NCBI GenBank assembly: GCA_050298595.1
Contig: JBNKUM010000047.1
Location: 1-58,386, forward strand
Reading direction: 5' to 3'
Source: Gammaproteobacteria bacterium
Lineage (GTDB): Bacteria; Pseudomonadota; Gammaproteobacteria; GCA-001735895
Length of the DNA stretch: 58,386 bases
Part shown: in pieces, positions 18,980-29,127 of the stretch
Layout: every line of letters starts with the position of its first letter
Numbering within the stretch: the first letter of the stretch is position 1
Position numbers and translations under genes: made by a program
Notes under the pieces: generated by a model
Seen by the model: only the letters and a program-made list of their open reading frames with translations
The model's database searches: none
What the model was told of the DNA's origin: nothing

Positions 18980-19337
18980 CCACCTGGGAATATCGGTATC
19001 AGACTATCCGACCAGTAAGAAATTTTACTCACAATGCCTTACACCATTAAGTATACAACTCGTGATGGAAGTTCAGGGCTGGGGAGGTTATGGCAAGGAT
19101 GGTAAACCTGAGTTCTGGTTTGGTGTTGGCGATCAGTCTCAGACACCCATGCATATTGCTTTTTCAGCATCAAGCAGAGAAGAAGTAGACCATTTTTATC
19201 AAGCCGCCCTTGATGCCGGTGCAACCGACAATGGCGCACCAGGGCTTCGACCTGAGTATCACCCTCATTATTACGGTGCTTTTGTTTTTGATCCCGACGG
19301 ACATAATATCGAAGCTGTGTGTCACAAGCCCGAATAA
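18969..19337 (+). CDS. VOC family protein
   Basis: IIDHLGISVSDY, HIAFSA, GAPGLRPEYHPHYYGAFVFDPDGHNIEAVCH. Confidence 0.92.
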   Translation: MIIDHLGISVSDYPTSKKFYSQCLTPLSIQLVMEVQGWGGYGKDGKPEFWFGVGDQSQTPMHIAFSASSREEVDHFYQAALDAGATDNGAPGLRPEYHPHYYGAFVFDPDGHNIEAVCHKPE

Positions 19338-19353
19338 TCTGGATTGACGCATA

Positions 19354-19920
19354 ATGACTGATAAAACCCGCTGTGCATGGGTCGGAAACGAACCACTCTA
19401 CCTTAGCTATCACGATGAAGAATGGGGCGTACCCTGCTACGATGATCGTGCTCTATTCGAACTGCTGATTCTCGAAGGAGCACAGGCAGGGTTATCCTGG
19501 ATTACCATCCTGAAAAAACGCGAAAACTACCGTCGTCTGTTCGACAACTTCGATGCAGGTAAGATTGCCCGCTATACGCCAAACAAGATCGAAAAACTGT
19601 TGTTAGATCCGGGTATTGTGCGTAATCGTCTTAAGGTAGAGGCAAGCGTTATCAATGCCCGTGCTTTTTTAGAGTTACAGAAAGAACCTGGCGGGTTTAG
19701 CGGCTTTATCTGGAGTTTTGTGGATGGTAAACCTGTCAAAAACAACCCGCATACCCTAAAAGATGTTCCGGTTAAAACAGCAGAATCTGATGCTTTATCT
19801 AAAGCGCTCAAAAAACGAGGCTTCAAGTTTATCGGGAGTACAATATGCTACGCATTTATGCAGGCAGCTGGGCTGGTAAATGACCATACAGTTGATTGCT
19901 TTTGCCATAACAAAGAATAA
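19354..19920 (+). CDS. tag: DNA-3-methyladenine glycosylase I
   Basis: RCAW, YHDEEWG, LEGAQAGLSWITIL, VRNRLK and NDHTVDC motifs. Confidence 0.96.
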   Translation: MTDKTRCAWVGNEPLYLSYHDEEWGVPCYDDRALFELLILEGAQAGLSWITILKKRENYRRLFDNFDAGKIARYTPNKIEKLLLDPGIVRNRLKVEASVINARAFLELQKEPGGFSGFIWSFVDGKPVKNNPHTLKDVPVKTAESDALSKALKKRGFKFIGSTICYAFMQAAGLVNDHTVDCFCHNKE

Positions 19921-19956
19921 GTTGGACTTGGTTTTTCTTTTATTAAAACAATCATC

Positions 19957-20487
19957 ATGAAAACCACAGCTCTGCTACTCCCTGGCATTTGTAATTCCGA
20001 CTCAGAGCACTGGCAAAGCCATTGGGAAAAGATGAATCCCTCTTTCGTTCGTATTCAGCAGAGAGACTGGGAAAACCCTGTTTGTAAAGAATGGGCAGAG
20101 GTTCTGGAAGCCACCCTGGCTGCACTTGATTCTAGTGTGGTTTTGGTTGCACATAGCCTTTCCTGCGTTCTCCTGCCACACTGGGCAGAAACTTCAAAAC
20201 TTAAAATTCGTGGTGCACTATTAGTTGCTCCACCGAACCCAGAAGGCCCTAACTTTCCAGTGCAAGCACTTGGGTTTTCTCCCCTGCCTATGAATCCTCT
20301 TCCTTTCCCGAGTATTGTTGTGGCAAGTACAAACGACCCTTATGCTAGCCTTGAGTTCGCAAAATCTTGTGCACATGCCTGGGGTAGTGAATTTATCAAT
20401 ATTGGCCCTGCTGGGCATATCAACTCAAGCAGTGGCCTGGGAGAATGGCATGAGGGCTTTTCTTTTTTAAAACAGCTTATCGCATGA
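19957..20487 (+). CDS. RBBP9/YdeN family alpha/beta hydrolase
   Basis: HWQSHW, VAHSLSC, ASTNDPY and AGHIN motifs. Confidence 0.9.
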   Translation: MKTTALLLPGICNSDSEHWQSHWEKMNPSFVRIQQRDWENPVCKEWAEVLEATLAALDSSVVLVAHSLSCVLLPHWAETSKLKIRGALLVAPPNPEGPNFPVQALGFSPLPMNPLPFPSIVVASTNDPYASLEFAKSCAHAWGSEFINIGPAGHINSSSGLGEWHEGFSFLKQLIA

Positions 20488-20542
20488 CCTTTGATTTTCT
20501 GAATCTGCGGCTAACATCAACAGCAGCAAGAACCTAAGAATC

Positions 20543-21127
20543 TCAATTGAGCACATGAAATGCTTTAGATAACTCATCATCGAAACTTTTTACCCGTTTC
20601 CATAAATCCACAATATATTTCTGATTCGAAGTCTCCAGATTCAATTGTCCACAGCTAACGACATTTATAAAATCAATCATCAGCGGTATGCCCTCATTGA
20701 TGCTTTTATACTGTCTCTCTATCCCGCAAATGGGGGCGCTGAATTTCGATTTATTAATAAGATCTAAATAACCACCGCCTTTTAAGTTGACCAGGTTGTA
20801 ATAACCAAAGCGAACATCGAAATCCCTACCCGCTAATGTCTGCTTATCAGAACCCAATACTCTAAATCTATTTTCAAAACCATCCAGTAACGACAATCCA
20901 TTCTCATCAGGATTTTCATTAACAATAAGAAAATATTCCGGCACCCATGGCCACTTTTCCTTAACAAATATACGAATACCTGCACTTCCAGATGAGATTT
21001 CTTTATATTCTAAAGATACTGAAACCTTTTCTGCTACTACCGGCAACTGCTTTGTAGTCCCTTTAGCAGCAAACAAGCTAAAACTAGAAAAAGAAGCCAA
21101 TAAAAAAATAGCCCAGAGTTTTAACAT
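20543..21127 (-). CDS. Hypothetical exported protein
   Basis: 194-aa ORF with a signal-peptide-like N-terminus; AT-rich; no recognised domain. Confidence 0.7.
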   Translation of the reverse strand: MLKLWAIFLLASFSSFSLFAAKGTTKQLPVVAEKVSVSLEYKEISSGSAGIRIFVKEKWPWVPEYFLIVNENPDENGLSLLDGFENRFRVLGSDKQTLAGRDFDVRFGYYNLVNLKGGGYLDLINKSKFSAPICGIERQYKSINEGIPLMIDFINVVSCGQLNLETSNQKYIVDLWKRVKSFDDELSKAFHVLN

Positions 21128-21162
21128 CCTAAAATCACTATCAAAGAGTAAAGCTTATCGAT

Positions 21163-21762
21163 TTAACCTTCGCTCCATTTTCTGGTTTCTGGATCATAAG
21201 TTCTAATTTTTTTCACTTTCATTTGTGATAAAACACTATCTTTTATTGCTCCCATACACTTTTCGCTGGGCACTAAAAAATTCATTTTTTTCCTTGTTTC
21301 CGTACTACTATCACCGGTTGACACATAGTAAGCATGACGACCAATATCCTTTGAATCAAAATCATATTTTGTTATCCACATCGAAGCAGGCAACTCACAT
21401 TTCAGAAAAAACACATTAGCCACATTATCGATTGAACACTTGCCATCATAACGATCAAGAATGTCGAAATATGACTCATTGTTGAAATAATACCCACTAT
21501 TTAAAGTGGCTATAGAGATATCGAGCTTGTTACAAACAGGATCAGTAGATTTATAAACCTGGGTTTCAACTCTGGCAGCACTTCTATCACCCACTCGTTT
21601 AATGTCAGATCTGTGGTAAGTGATATTCTCCAAAGAAAATTTACCCAGGTTTAAAATTTTTGATTCTTCATTATATTTGGGCGACAGATCATAATTGCTC
21701 GCGCAGGAGATCACTTGTGTTGATACCAGAAAAATAATCAGTAGTTTGAATTTTGAATACAT
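21163..21762 (-). CDS. Hypothetical lipoprotein
   Basis: Lipobox-like QVISC, further Cys residues, SD AAAGGA; AT-rich. Confidence 0.72.
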   Translation of the reverse strand: MYSKFKLLIIFLVSTQVISCASNYDLSPKYNEESKILNLGKFSLENITYHRSDIKRVGDRSAARVETQVYKSTDPVCNKLDISIATLNSGYYFNNESYFDILDRYDGKCSIDNVANVFFLKCELPASMWITKYDFDSKDIGRHAYYVSTGDSSTETRKKMNFLVPSEKCMGAIKDSVLSQMKVKKIRTYDPETRKWSEG

Positions 21763-22280
21763 CTTGAATTTCCTTTATGTTTAATACTCGGTTTTTTGTT
21801 CCTCAACATGAAAATATTGCCCGGGTCTGAACCTTCATTACATTCTTTCTCTGGCAACATCAATGTTGTATGAAATATACTATATCAGGTTGCCTGGTTT
21901 GAACACCTCTGCGAGCTACTTCTTTGACAAGACAAGATTTAAGTGGGAGCTAATTGAGTACTCTACTGACAAAGCTGATGAACAATTTCTGTATGAGTAA
22001 TACTCAATCAATCCTGATCATATCTGGCAGGCTTAGCCTGCTATTTACTATGTATTTAAAATCACAGAAACATTGATTTGCCCTGGATTTACGTGATTCT
22101 TTTGTCTTATCAGCCTATACTCATCTTTGTCCCGCAGGTGAATTACATGCAGCCAGGGTTGCGGACTTTCTTCAACTTACCTGTAAGCTGCTCGAGACCA
22201 AATTGTTAATGATTCAACAACTCTACCTATTTCTAAAAACTGTAAATCCCAATGGCTCAGGCTATTTTTTTAAAAGTTAA

Positions 22281-23474
22281 TTGATGAGCAATATGCTTTA
22301 CAAGGTGATGCTGGTCGATGATTCTGCTGTGATTCGCGGTCTTTTCAGCCGCTGGTTAGAAGCAGATGGCGCCATTCAGGTTGTGGCTTATGCAGCCAAC
22401 GGGGTTCAGGCACTTAAAGAACTCAGTCGACACGAAATTGATGTGATTGTACTGGATATCGAGATGCCTGAAATGGATGGCATGCAAACTCTACCCAGAA
22501 TTTTACAGGCCAGACCAGATATAAAAGTCATCATGGCCTGCACTCCATCTCATCAACAGGCAGAGATTAGCTTAAAAGCACTGGAGTCGGGTGCTGCCGA
22601 CTACATACTCAAACCAGCCAGTAGTAAAGAGTTGCAGAACGATCTGCTATTCCGTCGCGAATTGATCGAAAAGATAAAGGCATTGGCAGCAGCTCGACGA
22701 CGCAAGCAGGGTATTGCATCTGCACACAAATCTTTTCCATCTTCAAGCACTGAAAAGCAGACGAGGAGTAGCCGCGCGAGCCGAATATCCGAAATACAAA
22801 GAAGCCATACATCCACGACACAAAGTGGTCCAGCAGCCAGCGACAGGCTATATTCGAATAAGCCGATAACGCTGCGAACGCCAGCTAAGGAACGTCCGGA
22901 AATCCTGGCAGTGGGGAGCTCAACTGGAGGTCCCCAGGCCCTGTTCACGCTGTTTAGTGCTTTGCAGGGACATTTGTCTGTGCCCGTAGTCATTACACAG
23001 CATATGCCCGCAGACTTTACCTCCATCCTCACTGAGCATCTGTCCCGTGTAACCAGGGGCATTTGCAAGGAAGGAGAAGATGGAGAAGAACTGGTTGCAG
23101 GTAACATCTACCTGGCTCCTGGGGATCATCACATGCTGGTAACCCGACGCGGCCCCAGGGTGGTAATCAAAATAACCCGAGATCCCCCTGAAAACTTCTG
23201 TCGACCCGCGGTGGATCCCATGATGCGCTCACTTAAAGCAGCATACAACGACCGTGTACTGGCAGTCATTCTGACGGGCATGGGTCAGGATGGGCTAAAG
23301 GGATGTCAAGTACTGGCTGATGCAGGTTGCACCATCCTGGCTCAGGATGAAGCGTCATCTGTGGTTTGGGGTATGCCTGGTGCAGTCGCCACCAATGGTC
23401 TGTGTTCCGCCATCTTGCCGCTTGAAAAAATTGGCCCGGTAATTGCGAAAATACTTGATGGAGGGCACTTATGA
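22281..23474 (+). CDS. cheB: Chemotaxis methylesterase CheB (receiver + esterase)
   Basis: LVDDS and LDIEMPEMDG receiver; catalytic GSSTGGP, QHMP and TGMGQDG. Confidence 0.96.
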   Translation: MMSNMLYKVMLVDDSAVIRGLFSRWLEADGAIQVVAYAANGVQALKELSRHEIDVIVLDIEMPEMDGMQTLPRILQARPDIKVIMACTPSHQQAEISLKALESGAADYILKPASSKELQNDLLFRRELIEKIKALAAARRRKQGIASAHKSFPSSSTEKQTRSSRASRISEIQRSHTSTTQSGPAASDRLYSNKPITLRTPAKERPEILAVGSSTGGPQALFTLFSALQGHLSVPVVITQHMPADFTSILTEHLSRVTRGICKEGEDGEELVAGNIYLAPGDHHMLVTRRGPRVVIKITRDPPENFCRPAVDPMMRSLKAAYNDRVLAVILTGMGQDGLKGCQVLADAGCTILAQDEASSVVWGMPGAVATNGLCSAILPLEKIGPVIAKILDGGHL

Positions 23475-24286
23475 AACCCGATGAATTTGACTTTATAGTC
23501 CAGCTTTTGAAAAAACGCTCCGGTCTGGTGGTTTCTAAAGACAAACTCTATTTATTAGAGAGCCGCCTGCTGCCTGTAGCTCGTAAACGCGGCATTCAAA
23601 ATATGGCTGAACTGGTTGCCAGCATTCGCCGCTTCCCTGACGAGACCTTGCTGAGGGATATTACCGAAGCCATGACAACCAATGAGTCCTTCTTCTTCCG
23701 CGACACTCACCCATTTGACCAGTTCCGTCAGCTCACATTACCAGCCCTACTTAAATCCAGGGCTGACCAAAAGCGTATTCGGATTTGGTGTGCTGCGGCC
23801 TCTACTGGTCAGGAGCCCTATTCACTCGCTATGATTCTAAAGGAAGAAGCCGCCAAGCTTATGGGCTGGCGAGTAGAAATCCTGGCAACCGATCTATCGC
23901 GTGAAGTTCTGGAGCGAGCCCGGCAGGGAATCTATAACCCCTTTGAAGTACAGCGGGGTCTACCCCCGACCCTGTTAACTAAATACTTTAAGAAGGTGGA
24001 TGATAACTGGCAGATCAATCCAGAAATTCGTTCTATGGTGACCTACCAGGAGTTCAACCTGCTTAACAACATGACAGGACTGGGAAAATTCGACGTAATC
24101 TTTTGTCGTAATGTGTTGATCTATTTTGATCAGGAAACCAAAGGCACAGTTCTGAACAATCTTGCGAAACTGCTACCTCAGGATGGCTATCTTTATCTAG
24201 GAGGCACTGAAACCATCCTTGGTGTTAGCGACGCTTTCAAACAACCACCCGGGCAACGCGGTATCTATCATCCTACCGCTAAATAG
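23471..24286 (+). CDS. cheR: Chemotaxis methyltransferase CheR
   Basis: TTNESFFFRD, IWCAAASTGQEPYS and FCRNVLIYFD; 4-nt overlap with cheB. Confidence 0.96.
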   Translation: MKPDEFDFIVQLLKKRSGLVVSKDKLYLLESRLLPVARKRGIQNMAELVASIRRFPDETLLRDITEAMTTNESFFFRDTHPFDQFRQLTLPALLKSRADQKRIRIWCAAASTGQEPYSLAMILKEEAAKLMGWRVEILATDLSREVLERARQGIYNPFEVQRGLPPTLLTKYFKKVDDNWQINPEIRSMVTYQEFNLLNNMTGLGKFDVIFCRNVLIYFDQETKGTVLNNLAKLLPQDGYLYLGGTETILGVSDAFKQPPGQRGIYHPTAK

Positions 24287-24310
24287 GGAAAATTGACTGG
24301 AAAGAAATTA

Positions 24311-24353
24311 AAAAGAACCGCAGCCTTCAATGATTAGTTAGCTGCGGTTTTTT
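24311..24353. terminator. Bidirectional terminator between cheR and the MCP gene
   Basis: AACCGCAGC...GCTGCGGTT stem flanked by A and T runs. Confidence 0.7.
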
Positions 24354-24361
24354 AATCCGGT

Positions 24362-26017
24362 TTAAACCTTAAACTGACTGACTAGCTGCTTAAGTTCTTC
24401 CGCCAACCTGGACAGATCATCACTTGCTATAGCAGCCTGCTTGGCACCTTCTGAGGTTTGCTCAGCCACTTCATTAATATTCACAATATTTCGGTTGATT
24501 TCTTCCGTAACCGTACTTTGCTCCTCGGCTGCGCTGGCAATCTGAGTGTTCATAGTGTTAATACGATCAACAGCCTGATTAATAGTATTTAAAGCCTCGC
24601 CAGCTGCAGAGGCCTGTTCCACACCATGCAAGCTTTTTTGCTTACCAACTTCCATCACCTGCACTGCTTTATTGGCACCAGACTGCAGGCGATTAATCAT
24701 TTCTTCAATTTCCTGGGTAGATTGCTGGGTACGCCCTGCGAGTGTTCTAACCTCATCAGCTACCACCGCAAATCCACGTCCCTGCTCACCTGCCCTGGCG
24801 GCTTCGATAGCTGCATTTAATGCCAGCAAATTGGTTTGCTCGGCTATCCCCTTGATCACATCAAGAACCGAACCTATGCTTTCGCTCTCATTTTCCAGTT
24901 CGCGAATCACCAGAGAGGATTGTTCAACCTCATTAGCCAGCTCGGTGATCGCATTGATAATCTTATCAACCACCTGCTTGCCTTCCTCGAAGGTAATATC
25001 TGCTTCCTTGGCTGCCTCCGCCGCAGCCACCGCACTACGCGCTACCTCATGGACCGTGGCATTCATTTCAGTAATCGCAGTGGCGACCTGGCTGGTCTCC
25101 ATCTGCTGTTGATTAATACCCGAAGTGGTCTGGGCATTCACTACTGAGGTTTCTTCAGCCGCTGCAGCAAGCTGCGAAACGGCTTCCTTGACCTGACTGA
25201 TTGCAGTGCTAAATTTATCAGCCATACGGTTAAATGCCGTGGCTATATGCCCAATCTCATCTTTACTTTTGTAATCCACACGCCCGGTTAAATCACCCTC
25301 TGCCAGGCTGTCGGCTACTGTTTCTACACTTGTTACACCCTTGGAGATACCTGAGATTATTACCCACGCCAGTAGAACACCGATCAAGATACCAACCACT
25401 AGCAGAGTACTCACTAGTGTAACCTCCTTCTTATATTCCTCTTCAATGGCATGAAATGAGGCCGCCGATTCGGTATCTTCCGCCTGTGACAATGCATCCA
25501 GTGCCTTCTGTGCCTTGCTGAATGCGGGGTTAATGGTTGTCAACAATATCAAGTTCGCCGCTCTATATTCTCCAGACTCAATTTTTCCTATCGCAGGTAT
25601 AAAACCTTTATTTCTTAACACATCCAACTGATTGGTAAAGATGTCGACCTGGGGCTGAACCTCTTCTGGAACCGGAGCACTCAGGTATTCCTTCCAGTAA
25701 TCTTCAATCTTTTTCAGATTTTCACGCATGAGATCCAGATGAAGAGAGACAGGATGGTTATGCATAGTGGCGAATTCAGTGCTGGGGTCGTGCTGCAGGG
25801 AAAGTAGAAGCAAGGTTCTCAACTCTTGATTATGATCAGCTATCCCCCCCAGAACGCGGGTATGATGCAGATTAACATTATACATCTCATCCAGGCCCGC
25901 ATCAGCCTCATGCATACCTGATAACCCCATTATGCCAACAATAATGCCCGTCAACGCCAAAACACAGACAAGAATGGTTAAACGGATTTTTATTGGAAGA
26001 TTATTTAAAATACTCAT
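24362..26017 (-). CDS. Methyl-accepting chemotaxis protein (4-helix-bundle sensor, HAMP)
   Basis: Two TMs, [15 protein letters not shown], signalling [34 protein letters not shown]. Confidence 0.96.
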   Translation of the reverse strand: MSILNNLPIKIRLTILVCVLALTGIIVGIMGLSGMHEADAGLDEMYNVNLHHTRVLGGIADHNQELRTLLLLSLQHDPSTEFATMHNHPVSLHLDLMRENLKKIEDYWKEYLSAPVPEEVQPQVDIFTNQLDVLRNKGFIPAIGKIESGEYRAANLILLTTINPAFSKAQKALDALSQAEDTESAASFHAIEEEYKKEVTLVSTLLVVGILIGVLLAWVIISGISKGVTSVETVADSLAEGDLTGRVDYKSKDEIGHIATAFNRMADKFSTAISQVKEAVSQLAAAAEETSVVNAQTTSGINQQQMETSQVATAITEMNATVHEVARSAVAAAEAAKEADITFEEGKQVVDKIINAITELANEVEQSSLVIRELENESESIGSVLDVIKGIAEQTNLLALNAAIEAARAGEQGRGFAVVADEVRTLAGRTQQSTQEIEEMINRLQSGANKAVQVMEVGKQKSLHGVEQASAAGEALNTINQAVDRINTMNTQIASAAEEQSTVTEEINRNIVNINEVAEQTSEGAKQAAIASDDLSRLAEELKQLVSQFKV

Positions 26018-26208
26018 TGCTCACCCCGGTGGCAAAGTTACCATTAAATGGAAAAGGCCTGGTTAAAGTTCTCTTTCTACTGCACTGAGTACTGAATACT
26101 ACTTTGAGTATAGAAGCGATAACTGGTATTACAAGCCAGCATGCTTAATAAACCTGTGCCTCATATCTCTGTATATATAAGGGTTTAACGGACGCTGTGT
26201 CGCTTTCT

Positions 26209-27624
26209 TTAATTCTTTTCGGAATTATTCTCAGACTTTTTGCTATGCGAAAAATAAGCCGCCGCTAAAGCAAATAGAAGTGACAGGCTCAGGGTCCAGC
26301 GCAGCACCATGAACAGCGACTGAAATTGCTCAGGACTTATCTTCGTTTTACCGATAAACAATGAAATCAGTAAGGTAATGATAGCCATCCCCATCATCTG
26401 CCCCATCATCCGCGCCAGATTGAGCAGTGCAGATACTATACCCAGTCTGGTTTCTGCGACGGAACCAAAAATAGAATTACTATTAGGTGTGGAGAAAAAA
26501 CCAAAGCCGAGACCAAGCATCATCAGCGCACTGCCGATATAAATGAGAGATCGGTCCTGATCAACAAATAACAGCATGAAGGTACCAAACGCTGCGAACA
26601 GGCAACCACTGGTGGCTAAATTTCTGGGCGGGTAGCGGTCAGATAATCGTCCGGCAACTGGTGCAACTACTGCCATCACAATGGCCTGCAACATCAGCAT
26701 CTTTCCCGCGTCAGAGGGGGACAGGCCACGATTGTATTGCAGGTAGAGACCCAGCAGAAACATCAGGCCATAGTTGGCACTGTACATAAAAACTGCCGCG
26801 AGCAAAGAGCGGCTCAAGCTATGGTTTTGCCATACCAGCTTTAGCCTGATGACAGGGTTAGCCGAAACACTGGAATGCCGGATAAATAGTATTAAGAAGG
26901 TGATCGCAATAAGCAGATAGACGAACGCTGATTGCTGCGGCAGTGTTGTCATCCCTGCAAACAGGCTCAAAACCCATACCGCTAATAACAGTGAGCCCCA
27001 CCAGTCCAGCTTGACCGCATCATGATTACGCCATTCGCCTTTCATATGAAATACGGACAGAAAAATGGTCAGGACAGATAAAGGCACCTGAAACAGGAAT
27101 ACACTATGCCAGCCAAAGTGCTCGGTTAACCAGCCCCCCAATAAAGGACCGCAGGTCAATCCGGTGTACACTGAGGCAACCATCCAGCCCAGCGCGGCTC
27201 CGCGACCATTGCCGTTATACACACTGCCCACTATGGCCATACTGGTACTAAAAAACATCGCCGCACCTGCACCCTGAAACACTCGAAAAAGCAGCAACGC
27301 TTCAATGCTATTGGCTATGCCAGCAAGTATGCTACTAAGCAGGAAGACCGACGTTCCAAGGATGTAAAAAAGCTTTCGCCCATAACTGTCGGATAACCGC
27401 CCGGCGGGTAATAAAGCGATGAGATTACTGAGTAAAAAAGCAGTAGGAATCCAGCTGGCATACACTGCATTAGCATGCAAACCATGAGCAATCGCTGGAA
27501 CTGCAACCAGCGTCGCTGATAAGGATAATGGCGCCAGAAACCCGCCAATACAGATATTGATTAATACCAGTAATCGAGCGGCTGGGTTGTTCTGATAATA
27601 ATGGGCTGTTTGCTGATTATCCAT
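26209..27624 (-). CDS. MFS transporter (14-TMS, DHA2-like)
   Basis: GRLSDSYGRK and GRLSDRYPPR motif A copies; many TM segments. Confidence 0.92.
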   Translation of the reverse strand: MDNQQTAHYYQNNPAARLLVLINICIGGFLAPLSLSATLVAVPAIAHGLHANAVYASWIPTAFLLSNLIALLPAGRLSDSYGRKLFYILGTSVFLLSSILAGIANSIEALLLFRVFQGAGAAMFFSTSMAIVGSVYNGNGRGAALGWMVASVYTGLTCGPLLGGWLTEHFGWHSVFLFQVPLSVLTIFLSVFHMKGEWRNHDAVKLDWWGSLLLAVWVLSLFAGMTTLPQQSAFVYLLIAITFLILFIRHSSVSANPVIRLKLVWQNHSLSRSLLAAVFMYSANYGLMFLLGLYLQYNRGLSPSDAGKMLMLQAIVMAVVAPVAGRLSDRYPPRNLATSGCLFAAFGTFMLLFVDQDRSLIYIGSALMMLGLGFGFFSTPNSNSIFGSVAETRLGIVSALLNLARMMGQMMGMAIITLLISLFIGKTKISPEQFQSLFMVLRWTLSLSLLFALAAAYFSHSKKSENNSEKN

Positions 27625-27651
27625 AAAGCATTGTAATCTTTGAGGGATTAA

Positions 27652-28569
27652 TTATCTGCTTCTGGAGTCCCGCATGCGCAGCTTAAACTTCCCCGGTGGT
27701 TCATTACAGTGCTTGGTAAAAAAACGTGAAAAATAGGCAGGATCTTTAAAGCCCAGATCATAGGCCACTTCATTCATCGATGCATCGGCATAAATCAGTT
27801 TACGCTTTGCTTCAGAAATCAGGTATCCATGAATAATTTGCATGGCATTTTGCCCAGTATAGCGTTGACATAAACGGTTCAAACGTCCCGTGGTCATACC
27901 TAGCTCTTTTGCATACTCACTAACCGGCCAGTGTTGGGTGAAATTTTCTTCCATTAACTTAACAAAGGCTTCATAAATTTTAATGCGCGCATCAGACTGA
28001 CTTCCAGCATGCGGTGTTTGACTGGATAAACGTCCCAGTAAAACAAAAATGATTTTCAGATAGGCACCAATAACGCAGGCTTGACCCGGTTTCTGATTGC
28101 GATACTCTTCTACTACACGTAGCATCAACATTTCAAAATCCCAGGAAACTTTTTTATCCGGGTCCAGCCTGATCACTAGCGCTTCATTAAATAGATTAGG
28201 AAATTTTTGCCTTTCGGTTTCGGCAAATACACCGTGCAGAAACGACTCTAAGATGGTGATGATATAACCCCTGACTCCGGGCTGATGCACAAAGCCATGA
28301 ACCTCTTTGGGCGGAATGGATAAAATGCACGGACCGACTTCTTCACTACTGTAATCACGCATCTGAACCAGTACAGATCCCTGCTCAACCACCAGCAACT
28401 GATGCAGGTTGTCATGCCGATGCGGGTGAATTTCCCAGTTATGTTTTGGCAACGATTCTTCCAGTGAAGCGATATAGATATAATCCAGCGCATCCGATGG
28501 TGCGGTTTCGCCATATAAAAAATAATGCGGAATATCTATCAATGTCTTGCCCATGCATTCATTAGGCAA
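27652..28569 (-). CDS. AraC-family regulator (PobR/HpaA-like, cupin + HTH)
   Basis: IPHYFLYGE, WEIHPHRHDNLHQ, VHGF and LGFKDPAYFSRFF. Confidence 0.92.
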   Translation of the reverse strand: MPNECMGKTLIDIPHYFLYGETAPSDALDYIYIASLEESLPKHNWEIHPHRHDNLHQLLVVEQGSVLVQMRDYSSEEVGPCILSIPPKEVHGFVHQPGVRGYIITILESFLHGVFAETERQKFPNLFNEALVIRLDPDKKVSWDFEMLMLRVVEEYRNQKPGQACVIGAYLKIIFVLLGRLSSQTPHAGSQSDARIKIYEAFVKLMEENFTQHWPVSEYAKELGMTTGRLNRLCQRYTGQNAMQIIHGYLISEAKRKLIYADASMNEVAYDLGFKDPAYFSRFFTKHCNEPPGKFKLRMRDSRSR

Positions 28570-28571
28570 TA

Positions 28572-29060
28572 TTAAAGCGGATAAACCATTACCGGCACCT
28601 TGCTATGGTGAATGATTTTATTTGCGACTGAGCCGAGAAAAAACTGCCCTATCTCACTATGGGTACGGGTACCCATAATAATTAAATCGACTTCATGTTT
28701 TTTAGCTTGCTTCAGGATCACTTTACTCGGATCGCCTTCCTCCACCACTGTCACGGGTTCGCCACCGGGAAAACTGTGATCATCATTTGGACATTCTTCT
28801 GCACAGAAATCATCCAGTCTTTGCTGAAGTTCAGCTTTCAGATGATCATAACCTCTGGTTTTAAATTCAGCGAGTTCTTCATCCGACATCGAATTACTTA
28901 ATATACCTAACATGGCTGAGCTGAGCGACTCCATCACGTGTATTACTACCAATTGGGCATCATGACTCAGCGCCATTGATACCGCCATGCGAAACGCTTC
29001 TTTACTGCCATGCTCCTTTAAATCGGTGGCGTAAAGAATTTTTTTTATCTGTGGAAGCAT
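28572..29060 (-). CDS. Universal stress protein
   Basis: KKILYATD, GDPSKVIL, DLIIMGT and FLGSVANKII. Confidence 0.93.
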   Translation of the reverse strand: MLPQIKKILYATDLKEHGSKEAFRMAVSMALSHDAQLVVIHVMESLSSAMLGILSNSMSDEELAEFKTRGYDHLKAELQQRLDDFCAEECPNDDHSFPGGEPVTVVEEGDPSKVILKQAKKHEVDLIIMGTRTHSEIGQFFLGSVANKIIHHSKVPVMVYPL

Positions 29061-29127
29061 TGGTTTACTCCTGGTTTTGATTGACTGATATCATCAGTAG
29101 ATTCGTTCTGTTTTCGAGCATTTATTT

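Noticed and set aside
20500-21800. Integron cassettes (attC sites) around the AT-rich ORFans
   Set aside because: A GGCTAAC near 20510 has no matching GTTRRRY with a foldable stem in the right orientation, and no integrase is present.
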